Shown here: piece after piece, positions 38,823 to 48,544 of the stretch
How the letters are laid out: every line of letters starts with the position of its first letter
Position numbering within the stretch: the stretch's first letter is position 1
Made by a program: the position numbers and the translations under genes
The notes under the pieces: generated by a model
Told to the model about the DNA's origin: nothing
Database searches by the model: none
What the model saw: only the letters and a program-made list of their open reading frames with translations
NCBI GenBank assembly: GCA_965199715.1
Contig: OZ241322.1
Coordinates: 1,984,001-2,048,000, forward strand
Source: Vicinamibacteria bacterium
GTDB lineage: Bacteria > Acidobacteriota > Vicinamibacteria > Marinacidobacterales > Marinacidobacteraceae
Length of the DNA stretch: 64,000 nucleotides
Reading direction: 5' to 3'

Positions 38823-39913
38823 GGAATCCCCGCGACGCCGTCCCGCCGCGCCCTCCTCGCCGCGGGCTGCGCCGTCCGTCCCGCGCCGCCGGCGCGCCCC
38901 GAGCCGACCTTCCGCCTCCCGCCCGTGGACGTCTCGCCCGACCGGGTGATCCGCACCGTCGTGGGGCTGCGGCCCTACCGCCCGTCGGGGTTCCGGGTGG
39001 AGCGCGAGGAGCTCGGCGGCGGCCGGATTCTGGTCCACAACTACGGGCACGGCGGCGGCGGGGTCAGCCTCTCGTGGGGCACCGCCTGGCTCGCCGTGGA
39101 GGAGCTGCTGGAGGGCGGGCCGCCGCCGGCGCGGGCGGCGGTGATCGGCTGCGGGGCCGTGGGGCTCGCCACCGCCCGCCTGCTGCAGCAGCGGGGCGTC
39201 GCGACGACCATCTACGCGAAGGACCCGCCGCCCCGGACCACCTCGAACGTGGCGTGCGCCCAGTGGGGGCCGTACTCGGTCTCGGACGCGCGGGTCCACA
39301 CGCCGGAGTACGTCGCCCGGCCCGCATTTCGCAGCGCATGTTCCAGGACCTCGTGGGAAGCCGTTATGGGGTCTCGTGGCTGCCCAATTACGCGCTGAGC
39401 GAGATCCCGTTCGGCGAATCCCCGCGCCCCGACCCGCTGGCCGACCTCTTCCCCGGATCGCGGCCGCACCCGCCCGGCGCCCATCCGTTCCCCATCCGCC
39501 ACGCCCGCGAGTTCATGACGATGATGATCGAGCCGCCGGCGTACCTCGGCGCGGTGATGCAGGACTTCCAGCTCGCCGGAGGCCGGATCCGCACCCGCGA
39601 GTTCCGCTCGCTCGACGACATCGCCGCGCTTCCCGAGCGCCGCGTCGTGAGCTGCACCGGAATCGGCGCCCGGGACCTCGTCGGCGACGAGGAGATCGTT
39701 CCGGTGAAGGGCCAGCTCACGGTCCTGCTGCCGCAACCCGAGATCCGCTACGTCGCGCTCATCCAGGGGTTGTGCATGACGCCGAGGGCGGACGGAATCC
39801 TCCTCGGGGGGACCCGGGAGCCCGGCGAGTGGTCGCTCGAGCCGAATCGGGAGGCGGAGGAGCGAATCCTCAAGGGTCACGGGGATTTCTTCGCCCGGAT
39901 GGCGAAGCTCTGA
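38823..39913 (+). pseudogene. Circularly permuted D-amino acid oxidase-like FAD oxidoreductase; frameshift near 39320 and no canonical start for its Tat signal
   Basis: Frame A: SRRALLAAGC, VGLRP, HNYGHGGGG, VIGCGAVG; frame B continues ARISQRMFQDLVG...CTGIGAR...PVKGQL. Confidence 0.8.
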
Positions 39914-40041
39914 TCCGGGTCGCTCCGCTCTCCGGCCTACCGGATTCCGAATCCGAATCGTTGGTGGATTCGCCCCCAAAGCGGCTTGCTTCAGATGTAG
40001 AATCAGTTGACTGAAAATGACTTGTGCTTGACATCCGGGGG

Positions 40042-40057
40042 TGGTCCGCTGCTTGCT
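40042..40057 (+). promoter_or_regulatory. Putative sigma54 (-24/-12) promoter
   Basis: TGGTCCG-CTGC-TTGCT, exact GG-N10-GC spacing. Confidence 0.5.
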
Positions 40058-40067
40058 CCCCAAGCGA

Positions 40068-40097
40068 TTGACGTGGAGCGCCGCCAACGGATACCAT
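40068..40097 (+). promoter_or_regulatory. Putative sigma70 promoter of the TonB receptor operon
   Basis: TTGACG, 18-nt spacer, TACCAT; AGGAGG RBS before ATG 40190. Confidence 0.45.
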
Positions 40098-40189
40098 TCC
40101 GCTTGAAATCCGTGCGAACTCTCTTTGCGTTCGTGTCGGAGTCGCGTCCCGGGGCGCCGACTGTTACCTCACCGATCTAGGAGGGATTC

Positions 40190-43100
40190 ATGAGATCTGT
40201 CTTGTTTAGGACCGCCGCGACGCTGGCAGTCCTTGGACTCGCGTCGGGGGCGTTGGCCCAGACGTTCCAGGGAAACGTCCGCGGCGTAGTGCGCGACAGC
40301 GATGGCGGCGTGCTTCCGGGGGTGACGGTCACTCTCGAGAACGCCGACACCGGCGCATCGCGCACCTCGGTGACCAGCGCCGTCGGCGAGTACGTCTTCG
40401 CCAACGTGCAGCCGGCCACCTACGATCTTCGGGCCGAGCTCAGCGGCTTCGCGCCGTTCGCGAGCGAAGGCCTGATCGTCGGCGTGTCCGCGGCTCTCGT
40501 CGTGGACGCCGCCCTCGCCGTCGGCGGCATCGAGGAAACGGTCACGGTCACCGGCGAGACGCCGCTGATCGAGACGGCCTCGGCCTCCGTGGCTTCCGGC
40601 GTGGACCGGGAGCAGCTCGAGGTGCTGCCGACTCCGGGCCGGAACGTCTTCATCATGTCGGTGGGCACCCCGAACGTGGTGCACACCGGCGACCCGTTCT
40701 GGGTGAAGCAGTCCGACCAGACGAACTCGTCCCTGCTGTCGCTGGGCGGTGGGCCGCTGCGAGGCAACAACTACACCGTGGACGGCATCTCCACCACCGA
40801 CCTGCGCAACCGCACCGTCATCATCCCGGTGTTCGAGGCCGTCCAGGAGATGAAGGTCCAGGTCAACACCTACGACGCGGAAATGGGCCGGACCGGCGGC
40901 GGGGTCTTCAACGTGATCCACCGCACCGGCACCAACAACTGGGGAGGCAGCGGCCTCTACCAGACCCGCCCGTCGGGACTCGGAAGCTTCCTTCGCGAGT
41001 ACTACTACCACACGCAGCAGAACATCGACAGCGGGCGGCTTTCCCCTGACGACGTGTCGGATCGTCCCTACGATCTGGCGGGCGGCTCCTTCGGCGGCCC
41101 GATCCTCCGCGATCGGACCTTCTTCTGGATTTCGGGCGAGGGATTCAACGACAACCAGGCGGCCAGCACCACGATCACCCTGCCGAGCGCGGCCGAGGCG
41201 GTGGGCGACTTCTCCCAGAGCGGAGTCACCATCTACAACCCCTTCGAGCGCGACGCCAACGGCAACCGGATGCCCTTCCCCGGCAACCGGATTCCCGCGA
41301 ACATGATCGACCCGGTCGGTTCGTCCTTCGCGCAGCTCCTGACCACGCTCGGTCCGGGCGGCGACGTGGCGGCCTCGGGCGTCCAGATCACGAAGGCGCG
41401 GCAGGCCACCGGAAACCTGAGCCACAGCTTCTCCGATTCGTGGCAGTCGTCGCTGACGTACCTCTACTACACGTCCGAGGAGCCGGCGTTCGGCCACTAC
41501 AAGGATCTGTTGAACGCGGACACGCACCCGGACTTCGGCATCGGCGCCGGCCTGCTCCGGCGCGACGTGCACGCGGTGGCCTTCAACAACACGCTGATCA
41601 CCGGGGACGCCTCGGTGCTGACGCTGCGCTACGGTCAGACGTACTTCAACGACTCGAACCAGAACCCGGTCTTCGACCAGTCGGCCTTCAGCGGCCTCGG
41701 GTTCCAGGGCAGCTTCATCGACGGTCTCTACGGGCAGGAAGGCTATGACGGCCAGTTCCCCTCGATCGGCATCGAGGAGTTCGGCGACAGCGGCTCCGCC
41801 CTCGGCTCGTGGGGCAACACCGACGTCCAGTGGACCTCGCGCGAGGTGGCGGGCACCTACTCCACCTTCATGGGCAACCACACGCTGAAGATCGGCGGCC
41901 AGTACCGCCGGATGGGCCTCCACTCGGTGGCCTTCTCCAACGGTCTCCAGATGAACTTCGACCGCAGCTTCACCCGCGGCCCCGCGCCGGACAACCCGGA
42001 TTCGGGTTCGGCGCTCGCCGACATGCTCCTCGGCATCCCCTCCGGCGGGCAGGTCACGATCGCGCAGCCGGCGGACGTGTTCATCGACTACTACGGCGGG
42101 TTCATCCAGGACGACTGGCGTCCCTCGCAGAACCTCGTCCTGAACATCGGCCTCCGCCTCGAGCACGAGACGGGACTCCAGGAGGACGACGACGGCTTCA
42201 CCGTCGGCTGGGATCGGACGAACCCGTTCCCTCTCCAGGTCAACCTCGATTCGAGCCTCGAAGGGTCGCTCCCCGGCTTCCCGCTGCGCGGCGGCCTGAT
42301 GTACGCCGGCGTGGATGGCAACCCCACCCACCAGTGGGATCCCCCGGGAATCAAGTTCGGCCCGCGCCTCGGCTTCGCCTACACGGTGAACCCCGAGACC
42401 GTGATCCGCGGCGGCTACGCCGTCTTCTGGGCTCCCTACGCGATTCCGAGCGGCGTCGGCGCGAGCCACGTGGGCACCTTCGGCTACACCGCGGTGACCA
42501 GCATCGCGACGAGCGTGGACGGCGTCACTCCGCCGACCGCGACCGCCTCCAACCCGTTCCCGAACGGCGCGGATCCAATCGAGGGCAACGCGAACGGTCG
42601 CTTCCAGAACATCGGCGGCAACGTCACGTTCAACGACCAGCACCGCCAGTCGCCCTACATTCACAAGTGGTCCCTCGACTTCCAGCGCGACATCGGGACG
42701 GACCTCGTGTTCAAGCTGGGCTACGTCGGAAGCTCCGGCGTGGACCTGCCGATCGGCGGCACGAACAACTCGACCATCAACATCAACCAGCTTGACAACC
42801 GCTACCTGTCGCTGGGCGATCGGCTGGACGAGCACTATCCGAACCCGTTCTACGGCGATTCGCGCTTCGGTTCCTTCTCGGGCGCCGAGACGCTCCCGCT
42901 CGGGCAGCTCCTCCGCCCGTACCCGCACTTCCGGAACGTCTTCGCCCGGCACGCCAGCGCCGGCAAGTCGCTCTACAATTCGATGCGCGTCGAGTTCGAG
43001 AAGCGGTTCCGAGGCAACTGGGGTTCGCGGATCAACTACACGTTCACGAACCACAAGGACAACATCTACGAGAGCAACACCCGTCTCTCGGATGAGGAGA

Positions 43101-43696
43101 GCACCATCTTCAACACGCCCGAGTCGTGCGTGACCGGCCCGTGCTCGGTGCTGGACGAGGACTACGGACCCTCGCGGATCCACGTGCCGCACCAGTTCAA
43201 CATCGCGTTCACCTACCGGACTCCCGGCGACAACGCGATCTTCAGCGGTTGGGCGATCTCGACCCAGACGATCCTGCGGAGCGGATTCCCCCTGACCATC
43301 AAGCAGGGCGCGAACATCCTCAGCTCCTACGGATACGACCACCAGCGTCCGACCAGCGGCGGCGTGACCGGCGGCGGCAACCCCCGCGACAACCACCTGA
43401 ACTACCTCAGCGCCGGTTCGATCGGGGAGACCTCCGGGTACCAGCTCGGAGCGGGCCCGCACACGACCGACGCGGTCCGCAGCCCCGTGCTGCAGACCTG
43501 GGACGTCGCGCTCGAGAAGTCCACGGTCCTGTACGCCGACCTGAACCTCACCCTCCGGTTCGAGATGCTGAACTTGTTCAACAGCCCGAACTGGAACGGT
43601 CCCCGGACCATCTACGGGAACAGCAACTTCGGTCAGATCACCGGCAGCGGCGGATTCCCCCGCACGCTCCAGTTCATGACCAAGATCACCTTCTAG
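40190..43696 (+). CDS. Oar-like TonB-dependent receptor with N-terminal carboxypeptidase-regulatory-like domain
   Basis: Signal peptide, GVVRDSDGGVLPGVTV, ETVTVTG, YDAEMGRTGGG, FIQDDWR, GPRLGFAY, C-terminal Phe. Confidence 0.93.
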   Translation: MRSVLFRTAATLAVLGLASGALAQTFQGNVRGVVRDSDGGVLPGVTVTLENADTGASRTSVTSAVGEYVFANVQPATYDLRAELSGFAPFASEGLIVGVSAALVVDAALAVGGIEETVTVTGETPLIETASASVASGVDREQLEVLPTPGRNVFIMSVGTPNVVHTGDPFWVKQSDQTNSSLLSLGGGPLRGNNYTVDGISTTDLRNRTVIIPVFEAVQEMKVQVNTYDAEMGRTGGGVFNVIHRTGTNNWGGSGLYQTRPSGLGSFLREYYYHTQQNIDSGRLSPDDVSDRPYDLAGGSFGGPILRDRTFFWISGEGFNDNQAASTTITLPSAAEAVGDFSQSGVTIYNPFERDANGNRMPFPGNRIPANMIDPVGSSFAQLLTTLGPGGDVAASGVQITKARQATGNLSHSFSDSWQSSLTYLYYTSEEPAFGHYKDLLNADTHPDFGIGAGLLRRDVHAVAFNNTLITGDASVLTLRYGQTYFNDSNQNPVFDQSAFSGLGFQGSFIDGLYGQEGYDGQFPSIGIEEFGDSGSALGSWGNTDVQWTSREVAGTYSTFMGNHTLKIGGQYRRMGLHSVAFSNGLQMNFDRSFTRGPAPDNPDSGSALADMLLGIPSGGQVTIAQPADVFIDYYGGFIQDDWRPSQNLVLNIGLRLEHETGLQEDDDGFTVGWDRTNPFPLQVNLDSSLEGSLPGFPLRGGLMYAGVDGNPTHQWDPPGIKFGPRLGFAYTVNPETVIRGGYAVFWAPYAIPSGVGASHVGTFGYTAVTSIATSVDGVTPPTATASNPFPNGADPIEGNANGRFQNIGGNVTFNDQHRQSPYIHKWSLDFQRDIGTDLVFKLGYVGSSGVDLPIGGTNNSTININQLDNRYLSLGDRLDEHYPNPFYGDSRFGSFSGAETLPLGQLLRPYPHFRNVFARHASAGKSLYNSMRVEFEKRFRGNWGSRINYTFTNHKDNIYESNTRLSDEESTIFNTPESCVTGPCSVLDEDYGPSRIHVPHQFNIAFTYRTPGDNAIFSGWAISTQTILRSGFPLTIKQGANILSSYGYDHQRPTSGGVTGGGNPRDNHLNYLSAGSIGETSGYQLGAGPHTTDAVRSPVLQTWDVALEKSTVLYADLNLTLRFEMLNLFNSPNWNGPRTIYGNSNFGQITGSGGFPRTLQFMTKITF

Positions 43697-43700
43697 AAGG

Positions 43701-45002
43701 CTGATCGTCCCTCCGGGCCGTCGTCCGGGAGCTCGGGCTCCCGGGCGGCGGTCCTTTCTCCTTTCTGCGGCGCTGCTGCTGGCGATCGCTCCGGCCTTCG
43801 CGCAGGCCCCGCCCCCGGTGGAGCCGCAGGTCCGGGCGCTGCTCGACGACCTCGCCGGGCGCGCCGGCGACGACCCCGCCGGCCGGCTCGCGCTCGCGGA
43901 GACCCTCCACGCGCACGGCCTGATCGACGAGGCGGTGGCGGCCTACCGGGAGGTCCTCGGCTCCGTTCGGCCGGGAGACGCCCTCGCGTTTCAGGCGGCC
44001 TACCTGCTGGCCCACGCAGTCCGGACCCGCGCCCCCGACGAGGCGGCGGCGACGCTCGCGGACGCGCTCCGGGACAGGCCCGGGTATCCGGCGGCGCAGG
44101 CGCTTCTCGGGGAGATCCGCGAGGAGCTGGGCGATCCCGACGGCGCCGAGGCCGCGTACCGGGAGGCGCTTGGGGTCGAGCCGGGCTCGGCGCTCGCGCT
44201 CTTCCGGCTCGGATCGCTCGCGCTGCGCCGGGGCCGGATCGCGGACGCGGTCGAGCTTCTGAAGAGCGCGCTGGACCGGGCTCCGCAAGCGGGCGCGGTC
44301 CGCGCCGCGCTCGCGCAGGCGTTGAACGCCTCGGGCGACCGGGAGCGCGCCCGCGAGGTCCTCGGAACCGGAATGGACGCGCGCCTTCCCGCGGTCGGCG
44401 ATCCGATCCACTTCCGGATGACCGAGCGGGACGTCTCCTCGCCCCGCCTCCTCGAGCGGGGCCGCGCCGCCCGGGAGGCCGGACGCCTCCGGGAGGCGGA
44501 GCGCTGGTATCGGGATCTCCTCGGCGTGCGTCCCCGGGACCCCCTCGTCCTCGCCGAGCTGGGCGCGGTCCTCCACGCCGGCGGGCAGTCGGAAGAAGCC
44601 GAGCGGCTCTTTCGGGACGCAGTCGCGCTGGATCCGGACCAGGCCCTCGCCCGATTCGGGCTGGGACTCGTGGCGACGGCCGCGGGCGATCTCTCCGGGG
44701 CCGAGTTCCACCTCCGAACCGCGCTCGACGCACGCCCGGACGACCCGAAGGCGCTCGTGGCGCTCGCCGACGTCCTGCTCCGCCAAAGGCGCGTCGGCGA
44801 GGGCCTCGAAGCGCTCGACCGCGCCCTGGGCCACGATTCGGACGACGGCTCCATCCACGTCCGCCGCGCCGCCGCGCTCGCCGAGCTGGGCCGCTTCGAC
44901 GACGCCTGGGAAGCGGTCGGGGCCGCTCGCGCCGCCGGCGCCGAGCCCCCGCCGGCCTTCCTCGACGCGCTCCGGGCGCGGCGGCCCGAACCCGGCGCCT
45001 GA
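43701..45002 (+). CDS. Secreted TPR repeat protein (start uncertain: CTG 43701 or GTG 43818)
   Basis: Multiple TPR units; in-frame GRRSFLLSAALLLAIAPAFAQ signal lies upstream of the first GTG. Confidence 0.8.
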   Translation: MIVPPGRRPGARAPGRRSFLLSAALLLAIAPAFAQAPPPVEPQVRALLDDLAGRAGDDPAGRLALAETLHAHGLIDEAVAAYREVLGSVRPGDALAFQAAYLLAHAVRTRAPDEAAATLADALRDRPGYPAAQALLGEIREELGDPDGAEAAYREALGVEPGSALALFRLGSLALRRGRIADAVELLKSALDRAPQAGAVRAALAQALNASGDRERAREVLGTGMDARLPAVGDPIHFRMTERDVSSPRLLERGRAAREAGRLREAERWYRDLLGVRPRDPLVLAELGAVLHAGGQSEEAERLFRDAVALDPDQALARFGLGLVATAAGDLSGAEFHLRTALDARPDDPKALVALADVLLRQRRVGEGLEALDRALGHDSDDGSIHVRRAAALAELGRFDDAWEAVGAARAAGAEPPPAFLDALRARRPEPGA

Positions 45003-45020
45003 CTGCTACGCTCCCGCAGC

Positions 45021-45512
45021 GTGCGCCTCGCCCTGAAGCTCCTCGCCCTCGCCGCGTTGGTTCTCGCCGCCTTCGGCGCCGGCTGGTTCGCCTCGGGCTT
45101 CGGGATCGGCCGGACCGTCCCCGAGGACGCGCTCGACGTCCCGGAGCGCGCCTTCGCCGAACGCATGGAGAACGTCGTCCTCGACGGCAAGTTCACGGTC
45201 GCGTGGCCGGAGTCTCGGGACGGGACCTTCGAGGATCGCTACGACGTGGCGAGCGCGACGCCGCTCGAGGACGGGCGCTGGCGCTTCTCGGTCCGCATCC
45301 GCTACGGAAGCGTGGACGCCACGCTTCCGGTCGTGGTTCCCGTCGAGTGGGCGGGAGACTTGCCGGTCGTCCGGCTCCGGGACGCCGCGATTCCGGGGCT
45401 CGGCGAGGAGTTCGGTGCGACGGTCCTCTTCGGCGACGGCCACTACGCGGGGGTTTGGAACCACGGTCCCGTCGGCGGATTCATGTGGGGAACCATCGGG
45501 CGCGGGGAGTGA
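45021..45512 (+). CDS. Hypothetical membrane-anchored/exported protein
   Basis: N-terminal TM; beta-rich body ending YAGVWNHGPVGGFMWG; GTGA coupling with the next gene. Confidence 0.75.
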   Translation: MRLALKLLALAALVLAAFGAGWFASGFGIGRTVPEDALDVPERAFAERMENVVLDGKFTVAWPESRDGTFEDRYDVASATPLEDGRWRFSVRIRYGSVDATLPVVVPVEWAGDLPVVRLRDAAIPGLGEEFGATVLFGDGHYAGVWNHGPVGGFMWGTIGRGE

Positions 45513-47083
45513 GGTTTCCGGGGGGCCTGCTCGCCGTTCTCCTGCTGTCCCCGGCGGCGCCGGCCCAGCCCGCGCTCATGGACGTCACCGAGGGGTCGGG
45601 GGTGGATTTCGTCCACGATCCGGGAGGGTTTGAGGGCTTTCCGCTGCCCGCCATCATGGGCGGCGGCGCCGCGCTCTTCGACGGGAACGGCGACGGGTTC
45701 CTCGACCTGTACCTGATCCAGTCGGAAGGCGCGAACCGCTTCTTCGTCGGCTCGGGCGACGGACGCTTCCGCGACGCGACCGAAGAGAGCGGCCTCGGCG
45801 AACCCGGCTGGGGATTCGGGGCGGCCGTCGGCGACGCGGACGGCGACGGCGACCCCGACGTCTTCGTCTCCAACCTCGGCGAGGACGCGCTCTACCTCGG
45901 CGAGGCGGGGCGCTTCGAGCGAAGGGCGCTGCCCGGCGTCCGCTGGTCGTCGTCCGCCGCGTTTTGCGACTACGACGGCGACGCCGACCTCGACCTCTAC
46001 GTGGGCGGCTACGTGCGCCACGACCCCGAACGGGAGTGCGTTTCCGCCTCGGGAGCGCCCGACTTCTGCGAGCCGGCCAGCCTTCCCTACGAGCGCGACG
46101 TTCTCTGGCGCAACCGGGGCGACGGCACCTTCGAGGACGTTTCGGACACCGCCGGGATCCTCGGGCGCGCGCTTCCCGCGCTGGGCGTCCTCTGCCACGA
46201 CTTCACCGGCGACGGCCGCCTCGACTTCTACGTCGCGAACGACGGCGAGCCCAACCTGCTCTGGGAACAGCGTCCCGACGGAACCTTCGAGGAGAGCGGT
46301 CTCCTCACCGGGGTCGCGCTGAACGCGCAGGGGCGGGCGGAAGCGAGCATGGGCGTGTTGCTGGGCGACTTCGACCACGACGCCGACCTCGACCTCTTCA
46401 TGACCCACCTCCGGTCCCAGACGAACACGCTCTACCGCAACCAGGGAAACACGTTCATCGACGACACGCCGTCGTTCGGGCTGGGGCTGCCGAGCCTTCC
46501 GTGGACCGGGTTCGGGACCGCCTTCCTCGATCTCGAGCACGACGGCGACGCGGACCTGCTCGTCGTGAACGGCGCGGTCGCCCGCGCCGCCGGCGCGCCG
46601 GTGGAGCCGAACCTCGACGCCTACCGGGAGCCGGCCCAGGTCTTCCTGTCCGACGGTCTGGGCCGCTTCGAGCCCGCGCACGCCGGAGACTTCTCGAACC
46701 TGACCGCCTCGGGCCGGGGCCTCGCCGCCGGAGATTGGGACCGGGACGGCGACCTCGACCTCGTGGTCACCGCCGTCGGCGAGCCGGCGCGCCTGTTCGA
46801 GAACCGCTCGGCGCGGGAGGGGAATTTCGTGATCCTCGAGCCGCGCGAGTTCGGGCGCTCCTGCCCCGGCGCGGTCGTGACGCTCGCGCTCGACGATCGC
46901 GAGCTGGTGCGCGCGCTCCAGCCGTCGGCGGGGTACCTCACCGCGAGCGAGCCCACGGCGCACTTCGGGACGCCGCCCGCCGCCACGGTGACCGGAGTTC
47001 GGGTGCGCTGGCCCGACGGCGTCGTGGAGTCGTTCCCGCCGCCGGAGATCGGCCGGCGGACGCGCCTCGTCCGGACCCGCTGA
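45509..47083 (+). CDS. CRTAC1-family protein (FG-GAP/VCBS repeats plus ASPIC/UnbV domain)
   Basis: Repeated DxDGDGxxDL motifs, ASMG, GRGLAAGD, GYL...AHFG...VRWPDG. Confidence 0.9.
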   Translation: MRFPGGLLAVLLLSPAAPAQPALMDVTEGSGVDFVHDPGGFEGFPLPAIMGGGAALFDGNGDGFLDLYLIQSEGANRFFVGSGDGRFRDATEESGLGEPGWGFGAAVGDADGDGDPDVFVSNLGEDALYLGEAGRFERRALPGVRWSSSAAFCDYDGDADLDLYVGGYVRHDPERECVSASGAPDFCEPASLPYERDVLWRNRGDGTFEDVSDTAGILGRALPALGVLCHDFTGDGRLDFYVANDGEPNLLWEQRPDGTFEESGLLTGVALNAQGRAEASMGVLLGDFDHDADLDLFMTHLRSQTNTLYRNQGNTFIDDTPSFGLGLPSLPWTGFGTAFLDLEHDGDADLLVVNGAVARAAGAPVEPNLDAYREPAQVFLSDGLGRFEPAHAGDFSNLTASGRGLAAGDWDRDGDLDLVVTAVGEPARLFENRSAREGNFVILEPREFGRSCPGAVVTLALDDRELVRALQPSAGYLTASEPTAHFGTPPAATVTGVRVRWPDGVVESFPPPEIGRRTRLVRTR

Positions 47084-47084
47084 T

Positions 47085-48125
47085 TCAGCGGGCGATCGGC
47101 GTGGAGAGCGTGCCGATCCCCTCGATCTCGATGTGGACGGTCTGTCCCGGCTGGAGGTACTCGGGCGGCTCCCGGGCCGTGCCCACCCCGTCCGGGGTCC
47201 CGGTGGCGATCACGTCCCCGGGGTGCAGCGTCAGGATCGAGCTGGCGTAGGCCACGAGCTGCCGGACGCTGTAGATCATGCTGGAGGTGTGGCCGTCCTG
47301 CACCACCCGGTCGTCGATCCGGGTCACGAGGCGCAGCGCCTGCGGGTCGGGAAGGAAGGCGGCCGGGGTCACGACCGGGCCCATCGGCGCGGCGCGGTCG
47401 CCGCCCTTCCCGGAGAACCAGTCCGGACCGGGAAGCATCGGGTTCTCCCGGTAGCGCCCGCCCCGGTCGCTCACGTCGAACACGACGGTGTATCCGAACA
47501 CGTGGTCGAGCGCGTCCTCCGGAGACACGTGCCGGGCGGCCGCTCCGATCACCACGCCGAGCTCGCCTTCCCAGTCGATGTTCTCGCGTCCCGGAGGAAT
47601 CCGGTACTCCTCGCCGGTCCCGATGATCCCCGAGCGCGGCGACTTGAAGAAGAGATACGGCGCGTCGCGCTCCGGGTCCACCGCCTGCTCCACGTCCATC
47701 TCGGCGGCGTGCGAGCGGTAGTTTGCGGCCGCGGCGATGACGTGCGCCGGATACTGGAGCGGCGGCCCGAGCCGGTGCGGCTCCACCCGGAACCGCAGTC
47801 CCGAAGCCCGTTCGCCGAGGTGGTTCGCGATCTGGTGCAGCCGCCTGAGCGCCGGCTCGCCCCCGGCGATCACGCCGACCAGGTTCGGGGCGAGCGCTCG
47901 GGGGCCGGCGCCGGTCTCGCTGGCGAAGAGCGCGTCCGCCGCCGCGAGGTCGAGGATCGCGCCGCCCACGACGATCGCCGGGCGCGGCGCGCCGTCGCCG
48001 GCGTCGGACGCCCGGTAGGTCGCGAGCTGAAAGGGAACGTCCGGCGCGTCGGAGACGGAAACGGCCGCTCCGCCGCCGCAGCGAAGGAGCGCGAGCGCGG
48101 CGGCGGCGATGGCGATTCGGGTCAC
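47085..48125 (-). CDS. Fumarylacetoacetate hydrolase family protein with export/lipoprotein signal
   Basis: AANYRSH, IDWEGELGVVIG, DVSDR, GDVIATGTP; N-terminus IAIAAAALALLRC. Confidence 0.88.
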   Translation of the reverse strand: MTRIAIAAAALALLRCGGGAAVSVSDAPDVPFQLATYRASDAGDGAPRPAIVVGGAILDLAAADALFASETGAGPRALAPNLVGVIAGGEPALRRLHQIANHLGERASGLRFRVEPHRLGPPLQYPAHVIAAAANYRSHAAEMDVEQAVDPERDAPYLFFKSPRSGIIGTGEEYRIPPGRENIDWEGELGVVIGAAARHVSPEDALDHVFGYTVVFDVSDRGGRYRENPMLPGPDWFSGKGGDRAAPMGPVVTPAAFLPDPQALRLVTRIDDRVVQDGHTSSMIYSVRQLVAYASSILTLHPGDVIATGTPDGVGTAREPPEYLQPGQTVHIEIEGIGTLSTPIAR

Positions 48126-48162
48126 TCGGGATAGCCTATCCAACCACCCGGAGGACCGCCCC

Positions 48163-48540
48163 GTGATTCGACTTCTCGCCCCCCTCGCCGTCTGCCTGCT
48201 CGTGGGTTACGCCGCCGGCGCCGCGTTCGGCGGCGGGCAGGAGGAGCAGCGCAGCCGCCGCATCCCGCAGTTCGAGAACGAGCGCCTCAAGGTCTGGAAG
48301 ACGATCGTCGTTCCGAACCAGCCGCTCTCCATGCACCGCCACGAGTACGGTCGCGCCATCGTCGCCCTCAAGGGCGGCACGCTTCACGTCGTCACCGAGG
48401 ACGGCGAGGAGAAGCCCATGCATTGGGAGACCGGGAGCGCCTACTGGCTCGGCCCCGATCCCCCGGACGAGCTGCACGGCGACGTGAACAAGGGCGACGA
48501 GCCGATCGAGGTGATCGTCGTTGAACTGAAGGAGAACTGA
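48163..48540 (+). CDS. Exported cupin domain protein
   Basis: FENERLKVW, MHRHE, LHGDVN; hydrophobic signal; GGAGGA RBS. Confidence 0.85.
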   Translation: MIRLLAPLAVCLLVGYAAGAAFGGGQEEQRSRRIPQFENERLKVWKTIVVPNQPLSMHRHEYGRAIVALKGGTLHVVTEDGEEKPMHWETGSAYWLGPDPPDELHGDVNKGDEPIEVIVVELKEN

Positions 48541-48544
48541 GGCC

